Assembly (NCBI GenBank): GCA_950097015.1
Contig: CATNEN010000040.1
Coordinates: forward strand, 62,001-126,000
Direction: 5' to 3'
Length of the DNA stretch: 64,000 nt
DNA from: Macrostomum hystrix
Taxonomy: Eukaryota; Animalia; Platyhelminthes
In this document: in pieces, positions 39,065 through 49,852 of the stretch
How the letters are laid out: the number at the start of each line of letters is the position of its first letter
Position numbering within the stretch: position 1 is the first letter of the stretch
Notes under the pieces: generated by a model
The model's input: the letters and a program-made list of their open reading frames with translations, nothing else
Databases searched by the model: none
Told to the model about the DNA's origin: nothing
Made by a program: the position numbers and the translations under genes

Positions 39065-39867
39065 GGAGTTAGCCTGCTCCTGCCTCGAAGAGCATTAGAC
39101 TATCCTAAATAACAGGAAAATTTGGTTTGTGGCAGTAAAAATTGAGTTTTTTATCTAGGTACTTGTTACAATTTTCCACATACAGAGGCTGCTTGGGATC
39201 GCAAATTTTGGCGTGATATAGATAGCTAACATAAAATGGAGTACAGAGTGGAGCTTAGTGCTTGAAAGAAATGAATTCTTGTAACACGGACACTTTAAAA
39301 GTCATTGAAAGCAAATATAATTAAGTAACACTAGTATAACAAGTAGTATCTAAATTAGAGTTCGAAACTCAAAATTATATTTTTTAAGTTCAAAGGAACA
39401 CGAAATTAGTTAAATAATAGATATAAATAACTGAGTAATTTGAACCTCTCTGTTCTTTGTGTGACAAGTCAGTCGTCTAATTGACGAATTGGGGCATATG
39501 AAAATTCACCGAATCTCAGTTCAAATGGTTCAATACGACTAGTGGCAGGCCGGCAAGCAATCTTATTATGCGAGTGCTTATTTTATTATTTTGCCACTAA
39601 AATACTCACTCATAAAGTTTCTTAAAACTCGGTCATAATTATCTTCGAACGATGTCAGATTAATTACATGGGTTAGAATGGTGATCAGGCACATAGTGAA
39701 ATGATTAAATTATTAAATCGTAGGTTTACATTGCTTGCCGTTCTGCCACCAGTCTGTGCCATAGGCAGCTGGCAGAGCGACTACTGAATCATAGGAATGA
39801 TTAAGCATGATTAAGTAGTCCTTGCTTGGCTTGTGCAATATATATTTTTATATCTGGTTGAGCTGGT

Positions 39868-40160
39868 GCCGAATTTGAATGCATTTTGTCGAATTTGAAT
39901 GCATTTTGCCGAACTTGAATGCATTTTGCCGAATTTGAATGCATTTTGCCGAATTTGAATGCATTTTGCCGAATTTGAATGCTGTTTGCCGAACTTGAAT
40001 GCATTTTGCCGAATTTGAATGCATTTTGCCGAATTTGAATGCATTTTGCCGAATTTGAATGCATTTTGCCGAACTTGAATGCTGTTTGCCGAACTTGAAT
40101 GCATTTTGCCGAATTTGAATGCATTTTGCCGAATTTGAATGCAGTTTGCCGAATTTGCTT
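39868..40160. repeat. 20-bp minisatellite (GCCGAATTTGAATGCATTTT)
   Basis: About 15 units. Confidence 0.95.
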
Positions 40161-40892
40161 GCAGTTCACAAGTATAGCCATAGAGTTTGTCCGAATATGA
40201 ATGCAGTTTTATTGAACTTGATTGCAGAAATGACGAATTCGAGTGCAAAAAGGTGTAGTAGTAAGGCTGCAAAATGCTTGATTTTTGCAGCGATCGCGAT
40301 TTTAATCGCAATAGTCTATGGCCATACCTGTAAACTCTATTTTAATTAGCGCAGACATCCAATGTGCACTGCAAGTTCAATTTTCTTCATAAAAATGATA
40401 AAAAATCCAACTGAGTAATGAAGGAGCACCATCTGAATTTCATGACATTGGATTGTACCTTTGTAAATATACAATAGTCGGTCGATAAGCTTACATCCAT
40501 CACGTGAGCCAAAATACTAAAAAGGCCAAACAAAGAATGCCGGAAGCTTTGTGTAAGTGCAGTCCAATTTATATATCAATAAATTTCATTATAAATTTCA
40601 TAGAAACAAATATTTATTTAAATGGTCAACAGCAGATTCTTTCAAAGTGGAATTCTCACTATAGGATTATACTGGAACAATATGCTCTTTTGCTAGACAC
40701 TTAACTCTGTATTGTTTGAGTTCACCCAAGAAGAGCTTTAGATCTGCTTCCAATAAAAAAGTCACAGTTTTTATGTGAAAAACAGTGAAAGTTTCCTAGA
40801 AAAGCAGTTTCGTTTTCAGCTAACACCAGCCACCAAAAATTATTCTAAGAAACGTATACCTAGTTTAGCCCCAAATTTTCATTGATTTTAAA

Positions 40893-41147
40893 ATGAAGCG
40901 CAGAGCATCACAAACCCGCGACCCCCGCCCTATATCTGTAGTGCAACTGGTGATCGCGGTTCTGCCGCTGATTATCCTGGCTGTGATGATGGCCCTGGCC
41001 CTGGTAGCCGTGTACAGTCTGCAAATGATTCTGGTGCACTTCGACTTTGGCATCCAGTCTGATCGACTGGAAACAGCAGATAAGCGAAGGTTTCATCTTA
41101 CCGCCTGCAACGAAGGGCGGGCGCCTCGGCCGGAGTTAGAAGTCTAA
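40893..41147 (+). CDS. Putative small single-pass membrane protein (84 aa)
   Basis: AAAATG start; GC-rich island in AT-rich flanks; G/C-ending codons; basic N-terminus followed by about 30 hydrophobic residues (VVQLVIAVLPLIILAVMMALALVAVYSLQMILVHF). No family recognised. Confidence 0.55.
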   Translation: MKRRASQTRDPRPISVVQLVIAVLPLIILAVMMALALVAVYSLQMILVHFDFGIQSDRLETADKRRFHLTACNEGRAPRPELEV

Positions 41148-41497
41148 CTGGAACGCTAAACTGGTTTGAACCAGTTTTCATTTCCTCCCATATAGGCAAA
41201 TATCCTTATTGGATAAATGACAGTACTTGTAAGAATTGTTTACTCTGCTTTATTATAGTGTATCGGGTTTAGAAAATAGATTCATTTTCATGACTGTTGC
41301 CAGTTGCAAACGCCCATTTAGCTTATGTTTCTGTTTATCCGTTTAAGTTATTTCTTATATTGAATTGACCTATTTGTATTGCCTTTTGCCTAAGTTTTCT
41401 TTACTAATAAAGCGAACACTGCAAGTTGCTGCACTACAAAACACGGTATACTTGACCTTCTTTATCAAAGTCCTTCAACTGACTCAAACTAGATCTG

Positions 41498-42540
41498 TCA
41501 GTCCAGATCCTGAAACAGTCAATCTAGATCCTGAAGCTGTCAATCCAGATCCTGAAACTGTCAATCCAGATCCTGAAACAGTCAATCCAGATCCTGAAAC
41601 TGTCAATCCAGATCCTGAAACAGTCAATCTAGATCCTGAAGCTGTCAATCCAGATCCTGAAACTGTCAATCCAGATCCTGAAGCTGTCAATCCAGATCCT
41701 GAAGCTGTCAATCCAGATCCTGAAGCTGTCAATCCAGATCCTGAAGCTGTCAATCCAGATCCTGAAACTGTCAATCCAGATCCTGAAGCTGTCAATCCAG
41801 ATCCTGAAACTGTCAATCCAGATCCTGAAACTGTCAATCCAGATCCTGAAACTGTCAATCCAGATCCTGAAACTGTCAATCCAGATCCTGAAACTGTCAA
41901 TCCAGATCCTGAAACAGTCAATCTAGATCCTGAAGCTGTCAATCCAGATCCTGAAACAGTCAATCCAGATCCTGAAACTGTCAATCCAGATCCTGAAACA
42001 GTCAATCCAGATCCTGAAGCTGTCAATCCAGATCCTGAAACTGTCAATCCAGATCCTGAAGCTGTCAATCCAGATCCTGAAACAGTCAATCCAGATCCTG
42101 AAGCTGTCAATCCAGATCCTGAAGCTGTCAATCCAGATCCTGAAACTGTCAATCCAGATCCTGAAGCTGTCAATCCAGATCCTGAAACTGTCAATCCAGA
42201 TCCTGAAACTGTCAATCCAGATCCTGAAACTGTCAATCCAGATCCTGAAACTGTCAATCCAGATCCTGAAACAGTCAATCCAGATCCTGAAACAGTCAAT
42301 CCAGATCCTGAAACAGTCAATCCAGATCCTGAAACAGTCAATCCAGATCCTGAAGCTGTCAATCCAGATCCTGAAACAGTCAATCCAGATCCTGAAGCTG
42401 TCAATCCAGATCCTGAAACAGTCAATCCAGATCCTGAAACTGTCAATCCAGATCCTGAAGCTGTCAATCCAGATCCTGAAACAGTCAATCCAGATCCTGG
42501 AACTGTCAATCCAGATCCTGAAACTGTCAATCCAGAACCT
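41498..42540. repeat. 21-bp minisatellite (GTCAATCCAGATCCTGAAACT)
   Basis: About 50 units; source of ORFs 41365-42573 and 41484-42530. Confidence 0.95.
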
Positions 42541-42874
42541 GAGCATACGAGTATGAACTATCGAAAGGGATAAACGTGAGTTCTGTTCCTTAAGTTTCAA
42601 ACTTTTTTAGTTTTGAAGGCATTCATTTAAATAAATTAAGGTGTTATTTCTAAAGCGGAAAAGTCTGACAGAAAACCAAAAAACCGGCTCGTATTTAACA
42701 CTTCGACAGCCAAACTCAATTAACCTTAACTCTTAAGTCAGACTTCGTCAGACTGTACATCTAACTCTTAGCTTTCAATGAATTCAGAAGTCTCCTTTAG
42801 CCAGCCAGCCAGCCAGCCAGGACATGTACATTCATTCTCAGTGAATGTACATCCGCCCACCCGCAAACGGCGGC

Positions 42875-42886
42875 AGCCAATCAGAG
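42875..42886 (+). promoter_or_regulatory. CCAAT (NF-Y-like) box upstream of nucleoplasmin paralog A
   Basis: AGCCAATCAGAG, with a GC box (CCGCCC) at about 42853; the same 12-mer lies upstream of paralog B. Confidence 0.5.
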
Positions 42887-43037
42887 TGGTAGGGCTGTGG
42901 GTTCACTGTGCATCTAAAAACAAAGCTATTGATTACTGGAAGCCAATGCCTTTAAAGCTCATTAAAAAATTGCTGTAATAATATTTCAGATATGTTGTTT
43001 CACCCAAATTTAACAATCTAATAATTGACCCACTGAC

Positions 43038-44446
43038 ATGTCATCAGCACAGGAGCTATTTTACAATCAGCAGCAGGTGTCCTTTCACTTCTGGAACTGT
43101 CAGCTGACCGAAGCCAGCCCGCGGTATCGATGGCAGCCCGAGAACTCGCCGAGCAGTGCAGTGGAAAGCTTGGAGCTCGCGTCAAAGCGTCGCCAAGGAA
43201 ACCGGAAAAGCGACTCGGAAGCGAATGAAAATGGCGAAGAAAAATCTGAGAAAGGTGCGGCTAAGGTGGATGGGAAAAGCGACAATCCGAATGGCGAGAG
43301 CTTAGAAGGCCAAAAAATGAACGGTGAGAATGCGAACGGCAAAGACGCTAATGGCGATGATCTGAATGGCGAAGGTTACGAGACCTCGGAGAACTGCGAG
43401 GCGACGCCCGACGCCGACTACATGCAGCACGTGCTGAAGGTGAACGCCTGCATTCTGGGGCCGAAGGCGGCTGGCGTCCACCTTATCGCAGTGCGCACCA
43501 GGTGCTATAGACAGGAGGAGCCAGACAGCTGTCCCATTGTGTGCATCGACCCGGACAGTCAGCGGACGGTGGCGCTGGGCTACGAGTTTGTGCTCGACAG
43601 CCAGAATGAGGTCGTCACCTTCGAGCTGGTGGAGGGCAGCGGCCCCGTCTGGCTCACCGGACTGCACCAGGTGAGGTCCGGTGTTCGAATCCCCGGTGTT
43701 TGAATCCCCGATGCTGTAATCCCCGATGCTGTAATCCCCGATGCTGTAATCCCCGATGCTCTAATCCCCGATGCTGTAATCCCCGATGCTGTAATCCCCG
43801 ATGCTGTAATCTCTGATGCTGTAATCCCCGATGCTCTGATCCCCGATGCTGTAATCCCCGATGCTCTAATCCCTGATGCTGTAATCCCCGATACTGTAAT
43901 CCCCGATGCTCTGATCCCCCGATGCTATGATCCCCCGATGCTCTGATACCCGATGCTGTAATCCCCGATGCTCTGATCCCCCGATGCTCTGATCCCCGAT
44001 GCTCTAAACCCCATCCCCGGTGTTTATCTTAAAAATAATTCGTCGAAATCATATTCAAAATAATTTAGGTTTACTTGAATGATGCCGACTGGGACAACGA
44101 CGGCGAAGTTGGCGGTGAAGAAACCGACTTGGATGCGGAGATCAGCAGCGACGGTGAAAGCGACGAAAATAGCGTAATCGACGACACATCTCGATTTCGA
44201 CTTGCCGGCGTCAACTTCGACGATGATGAAGTCCTGGACGAGGATTTGAACGATGGCGAGGATCAGGAGGAAGGCGACGGCGAAGGTGTGAACTCGACAT
44301 CGGTAAGGGCGAAGCAAATCGGCAAGCGGTCGCCAATCACCACGGCGCAGCTGCGCAGTCGCAAGCGTCGACGCCTCGCCAGTGTTGAGGAAGACGGAGA
44401 AGCTGACGCGGATGGCAAGCGGGAATGCGAGTCGGCCGATGTCTGA
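43038..44446 (+). CDS. Nucleoplasmin/nucleophosmin-family histone chaperone, paralog A; exons 43038-43670 and 44069-44446
   Basis: Core motifs FHFWNCQL...HVLKV..CILG...VTFELVEGSGPVWLTGLHQ. Phase-0 intron. Exon 2 encodes a long Asp/Glu tract and a basic NLS-like RSRKRRR. Confidence 0.85.
43680..44010. repeat. 15-bp minisatellite (CCCCGATGCTGTAAT) in the paralog A intron
   Basis: Starts about 10 bp after the donor; same family as 46545-46860. Confidence 0.95.
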
Positions 44447-44904
44447 GTTATACAGGCGTGACGCAAGCATAATATTTGGATTATCTACTGGCACTTTCTC
44501 TGAGCAGGTGTGAAAATATTCCTTTCAATACGCGCACAATGAATACTGACTTAATAGTGCAACAAATATATTCGAACTTCGAAATCTTTCTCATTCCGTT
44601 TTCGCGTTAATCAAATCGCTAAATTGTTATTGAACTTGTATGGGCAGCAAAGGAAGGAGCTGTAACACACTAAAAGTGGGGAACGAACCTCGCGCTGGCA
44701 GACCGAGACCGGTTTCTGGCTTGTTTGCCTTCGTCAGTCAGCCATAGCCACACGCCGTCCTCTCCCACCACTCTTTGTGTGCACAGAAGTCTCTTTTAAG
44801 CTTGCCATTTTTATGGCGATATTTTTTAGTGTTATGTGAGAGTTTTGCAGCCAAGTCTTTGCTTTTCTACTGTTGTCAGTAGTCTGAATTGTATCTCTCA
44901 CAGG

Positions 44905-45622
44905 AGGGAAGGAGTGAGAATGAGTGGGTGGGAGAGAGTGAAAATGCGTGGGAGTAAGGTAGTGAAAATGCGAGAGAAGAAGGGAAGGAAGAAAGGAAGT
45001 CAAAATGCGTGGGAATAAGGGAGTAAAAATGCGTGGGAATAAGGGAGTGAAAATGCGAGTGAGGAAGGGAGTCAAAATGCGTGGGAATAAGGGAGTAAAA
45101 ATGCGTGGGAATAAGGGAGTGAAAATGCGAGTGAGGAAGGGAGTGAAAATGCGTGGGAGGAAGGGAGTGAAAATGCGAGTGAGGAAGGGAGTCAAAATGC
45201 GAGTGAGGAAGGGAGTGAAAATGCGAGTGAGGAAGGGAGTGAAAATGCGTGGGAGGAAGGGAGTGAAAATGCGAGTGAGGAAGGGAGTCAAAATGCGAGT
45301 GAGGAAGGGAGTGAAAATGCGAGTGAGGAAGGGAGTGAAAATGCGTGGGAGGAAGGGAGTGAAAATGCGAGTGAGGAAGGGAGTGAAAATGCGTGGGAGG
45401 AAGGGAGTGAAAATGCGAGTGAGGAAGGGAGTGAAAATGCGTGGGAGGAAGGGAGTGAAAATGCGTGGGAGGAAGGTAGTGAAAATGCGAGAGAAGAAGG
45501 GAAGGAAGGAAGGGAGTGAAAATGCGAGTGAGGAAGGGAGTGAAAATGCGTGGGAAGAAGGGAGTGAAAACTACGAGGGAAGAAGGGAGTGAAAATGCGA
45601 GGGAGGAAGGGAGTGAAAATGG
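44905..45622. repeat. 24-bp minisatellite (GAGTGAAAATGCGAGTGAGGAAGG) between the convergent 3' ends
   Basis: About 30 units. Confidence 0.95.
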
Positions 45623-45883
45623 AATCAAAAGAGTCTGGCATTAGCTGATTGTCAGTTTTGGAGTTTGACGAATTTGAGTGTATTTCACTATTTAATTATA
45701 AAGCTGACTGAGAATTCGAAATTTTAACAGCAAAAAGTTCGTTGCGGTAATAAAAATGATTATTTTTTACGGTAAAATTAGAAAGCACGCAAAAAATTTA
45801 GTTGAAATTGTTAGTAGAAAATGATAAAATTAGTTCCATACGAGTAGAAGCACAGTGACCCATAGAGGGATGGTTTTGGTCCA

Positions 45884-47415
45884 TCAGGTTTTTCTCGCAG
45901 CTCGGCCCTTGTTGCCGTTTTTCTTATTCGCTGGAATCGGCTGCCGCTTCTTAGGGGACGCCACCGGTTTCTGCTGGTCTGTCTTGGACGCGCGAGCCAC
46001 CCGCTTGGCAACCGGTCTGGCCACTTCTTCTTCCTCTTCTTCTTCGTCCTCCTCTTCATCTTCTTCCTCTTCGGTCAAGTCGACAGACTCGTCCGCTTCG
46101 TCCTCCTCGTCGATCGAATCAGCGTCGGGCTCGCCATCGTCGGCGTCGCAGACTGCGCTATCGTCAGTGTCATGCATGCGAACCTGAATTGACATTTGGG
46201 ATATCTGAGACTGTGGGATATTCGAGACTGTGGGATATTCGAGACTGTGGGATATTCGAGACTGTGGGATATTCGAGACTGTGGGATATTCGAGACTGTG
46301 GGATATTCGAGACTGTGGGATATTCGAGACTGTGGGATATTCGAGACTGTGGGATATTCGAGACTGTGGGATATTCGAGACTGTGGGATATTCGAGACTG
46401 TGGGATATTCGAGACAGTGGGATATTCGAGACTGTGGGATATTCGAGACTGTGGGATATTCGAGACTGTGGGATATTCGAGACTGTGGGATATTCGAGAC
46501 TGTGGATATTCGAGACTGTGGGATAGCATTGATGATTGGAGCATCGGGGATCAGATCATCGGGGATTAGAGCATCGGGGATTAGAGCATCGGGGATTAGA
46601 GCATCGGGGATTAGAGCATCGGGGATTAGAGCATCGGGGATTAGAGCATCGGGGATTAGAGCATCGGGGATTAGAGCATCGGGGATTAGAGCATCGGGGA
46701 TCAGAGCATCGGGGATTAGAGCATCGGGGATTAGAGCATCGGGGATTACAGCATCGGGGATTACAGCATCGGGGATTACAGCATCGGGGATTACAGCATC
46801 GGGGATTACAGCATCGGGGATTACAGCATCGGGGATTCAAACACCGGGGATTCGAACACCGGACCTCACCTGGTGCAGTCCGGTGAGCCAGACGGGGCCG
46901 CTGCCCTCCACCAGCTCGAAGGTGACGACCTCATTCTGGCTGTCGAGCACAAACTCGTAGCCCAGCGCCACCGTCCGCTGACTGTCCGGGTCGATGCACA
47001 CAATGGGACAGCTGTCTGGCTCCTCCTGTCTATAGCACCTGGTGCGCACTGCGATAAGGTGGACGCCAGCCGCCTTCGGCCCCAGAATGCAGGCGTTCAC
47101 CTTCAGCACGTGCTGCATGTAGTCGGCGTCGGGCGCCGCCTCGCCGTTGTCATTGGCGTCCTCGTCGACCGCGGTGCCGTTCTTGTGCCCGTTGGCTTTC
47201 GAGTCACCGTTGCTCTCGCCATTTTTCTTGTCTTCCTTCTCCTCCGAGTTGCCTTTATCAGCAGTCTGTCGCTTCGGCCGCTCGCCGTTGCGCTGCGCTG
47301 TGGCCGAAGCGGATGCGGTGGCCTCCGGCTCCCAGCGGTAGCTGGCGCTGGCCTCGCTGAGCTGGCAGCTCCAGAAGTGGAAGGACACCTGCTGCTGCTG
47401 GAAGTCGGTTGTCAT
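45884..47415 (-). CDS. Nucleoplasmin/nucleophosmin-family histone chaperone, paralog B; exons 47415-46870 and 46183-45884
   Basis: Same core domain. Donor CAG|GTGAG and acceptor TTCAG|GTT in phase 0. Exon 2 has a poly-E tract followed by KRVAR...SPKKR...KGRAARK. Confidence 0.85.
46195..46522. repeat. 17-bp minisatellite (TATTCGAGACTGTGGGA) in the paralog B intron
   Basis: About 19 units, adjacent to the acceptor. Confidence 0.95.
46545..46860. repeat. 15-bp minisatellite (GCATCGGGGATTASA) in the paralog B intron
   Basis: Reverse complement of the 43680-44010 unit. Confidence 0.95.
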
Positions 47416-47489
47416 GGTTTCGGCTGTGGCGAATTCTCTGAGCTAGGCTGAATTGAGTGGTTGTGCTCTGCAGATAAACTGCCCGACTC

Positions 47490-47590
47490 TATTATATACC
47501 CCCAGTTTTCGTGTGAAGCTGCAGTAATGAAAACTGTGTGACTGCCTCCTGCCCTCCTGCGCTCTGATTGGCTAACGATCCAACCAATGG
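47490..47590 (-). promoter_or_regulatory. TATA box plus CCAAT boxes upstream of paralog B
   Basis: Minus-strand TATATAA at 47498-47492, about 77 bp from the ATG. AGCCAATCAGAG at 47573-47562 and a further CCAAT at about 47584. Confidence 0.55.
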
Positions 47591-47864
47591 CTAAGCTGAA
47601 CACCCCGACATTTCAAATTACACTGTACACTCCAGTTGCGACTGCAGATTGGTCCAGTGCGAGAGTGTGAACAAACGGAATAATAATTCTGCTGTTCATT
47701 TGAGGTGGCACTGTCACATGACTGTACTTATGAGATGCTATTGATGATTTGTATGCTTTTTCACTATTTCATTGTATCGAACATTATATAAATATATGTT
47801 AACTTAAGGTTGACCTAACTTCTTGACAAAGCTATATAGCTAATAAAAAATCCAAAATATTTGT

Positions 47865-47985
47865 ACCACCTGTCCCAGGTGCGTGAAATGAAGCAACATA
47901 ATGACGTGTCTTGCCAAACTATATAAATAGTTCCAGTGGAGTCGGGAATCGAACCCCCGACCTTCGAGACGCTTCAACCGCTAGG
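47865..47985 (-). mobile_element. Degenerate partial copy of the CORE-like SINE
   Basis: Shares TTCCAGTGGAGTCGGGAATCGAACCCCCGACCTTC with 52074-52390; B-box GGTTCGATTCC on the minus strand. Confidence 0.75.
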
Positions 47986-49382
47986 TAAAAAACCCGCACC
48001 CTTACATAATCGCCTAAATTCTCCTCAGAGCATACTTCAATAAAAAACGACTGTATGTACTTTTTATGGAATGTAATGTTTAGGGAATTTACTGTTTTGG
48101 GAATGTGCAATGTTGCGAACAAGCATTTGGCTAGTTGATAAAATGTGAAAGCATAAAGGCTTTCGACACTGCTCAGTTTATGAAACCTGAGTTTAAGTTT
48201 AAGAAATAGCACGACTGCTACCTTTTCCACATTAAAAAAGCGCGAATTTTGAACTGCCAATGAGGCTCAGCCTTGGGCTTTTGACGAGAGGCTGCGGGCG
48301 ATAAGAGAAGCACACATAAACAGGATTAACAGGAGCAGACTCAACCAATTCCAATTAGCTCTCAGTGCTAACCTGAACCTATAAACTGGGTCGGAGAGAT
48401 CAGTCAATCGTAACTGAGACCAGTATCTTGGGTGGCGAATGGGAGAAAAGATAAGTTCAACAGAATTATTTCAGGAGTAAAAGTAGAAAATTAGAAAGAA
48501 AGATTTTCTGCAAAGTAGAAAATAAATTTGAAAGTCCCGTTTGAAATCTGAATTACAACATTAATCATTTCATTGGCCCTATGAAGTTAAGTAAGCATCG
48601 AGCACAACACAGCTTCAAAACTACATTCAAAGAGATATGGTGCATGCTCTGTAAGTTGTTGGCTAGATTGTCGAGCCTTGGCCGAAGGTAAATAAGCTCT
48701 GTAAAAATAACGATTAAACGTAAGAATATTTTACAACATTTTTTCGACTACTAGTTTTGTTTTATCTTTCAACGTTTACGCTCAAATTTAAAACTAGTTT
48801 TAAACACCTGATTAAATTATTGATCACACTCTGAGCTACCAATCTTGAACGATAGCTCATTGGGCTTCTTGAACTCTAATCCTATGAAATACTTCGGCTT
48901 TTCCAATTGACCTCAAACTTCATTTACTTACTATCTGTTGTAGCTAACCTGTATTTTTTATGTAAATGTGAAGTACTTTTTTATTTTAATTTTTTAATCG
49001 AGTGTCATTTTTATGTTCTGTATCAGTACAGATAGAGTAATCTAGATTGATTGTAATTGTTTAACATGTTTAAATATTTAGAGTTTAGTATATGGCTGGG
49101 TGAATGCACAAAAAAGACATTGTCATTGAGTCATTGACAAAGGGTAAACATGAATATGCCAATACAAGTGGCAATCTACTACTAGTTTGTACTTTCTAGC
49201 ATAGGTCTAACATTAAAATATTTTAAGATGAAGTTGACCTTTCTCAGGGTCAGGTGGCTGTGCAATTGACTTTCATTACAGCTTTTGGCACCCTACATAT
49301 CAGACATTAACATAGGACATGCCCCTGAGGCTGTCAAGCATTGTCCAGTTAACAAACTTCTTACCCAGACTGTGTATGGCTG

Positions 49383-49852
49383 GGTCCCAGGTCATTTCGG
49401 TGTCAAGACATTTCGGTGACAGTCATTTCGGTGACAATTGGTCAGTTCGGTGACAACTATTTTTGCACCTAAATATGCTAAGAAAACAGCCTTCCACGAT
49501 CCAGAAGCTGCTTAAAGCCTGCACTCGCCTTGTCAATCCAAAACTTGAAAAATGATAATTATACACATTTAATTAGGAATTAATAACTATTGAAACTATT
49601 GACTACTCATTAAATAATTTAATAATTTAACTCATTTAAAGAAAAACCCAGACTTAATCAGAGCGATGCAGCTTCTTATTAATACTTATAGCATTATTTA
49701 ATTAATACTTTATAAGTGCATATAGTAAAAATCAAAGGCTGTTTTTTAGCATATTTAGGTGCAAAAATAGTTGCCACCAATCTGACCAATTGTGTCACTG
49801 AAATGACTTGAGTTGTCACCGAAATGTCTTGTCACCAAAATGACCTGGGACC
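49383..49852. mobile_element. MITE with TIRs of about 110 bp, superfamily unassigned
   Basis: Ends GGTCCCAGGTCATTT... / ...AAATGACCTGGGACC. Perfect 8-bp TSD TATGGCTG at 49375-49382 and 49853-49860. TTTCGGTGAC motif repeated in the TIRs; AT-rich core. Confidence 0.9.

Noticed and set aside
41365-42573. 402-aa ORF of (VNPDPET)n
   Set aside because: A 21-bp unit is stop-free in several frames on both strands; there is no coding-like unique flank or splice context.
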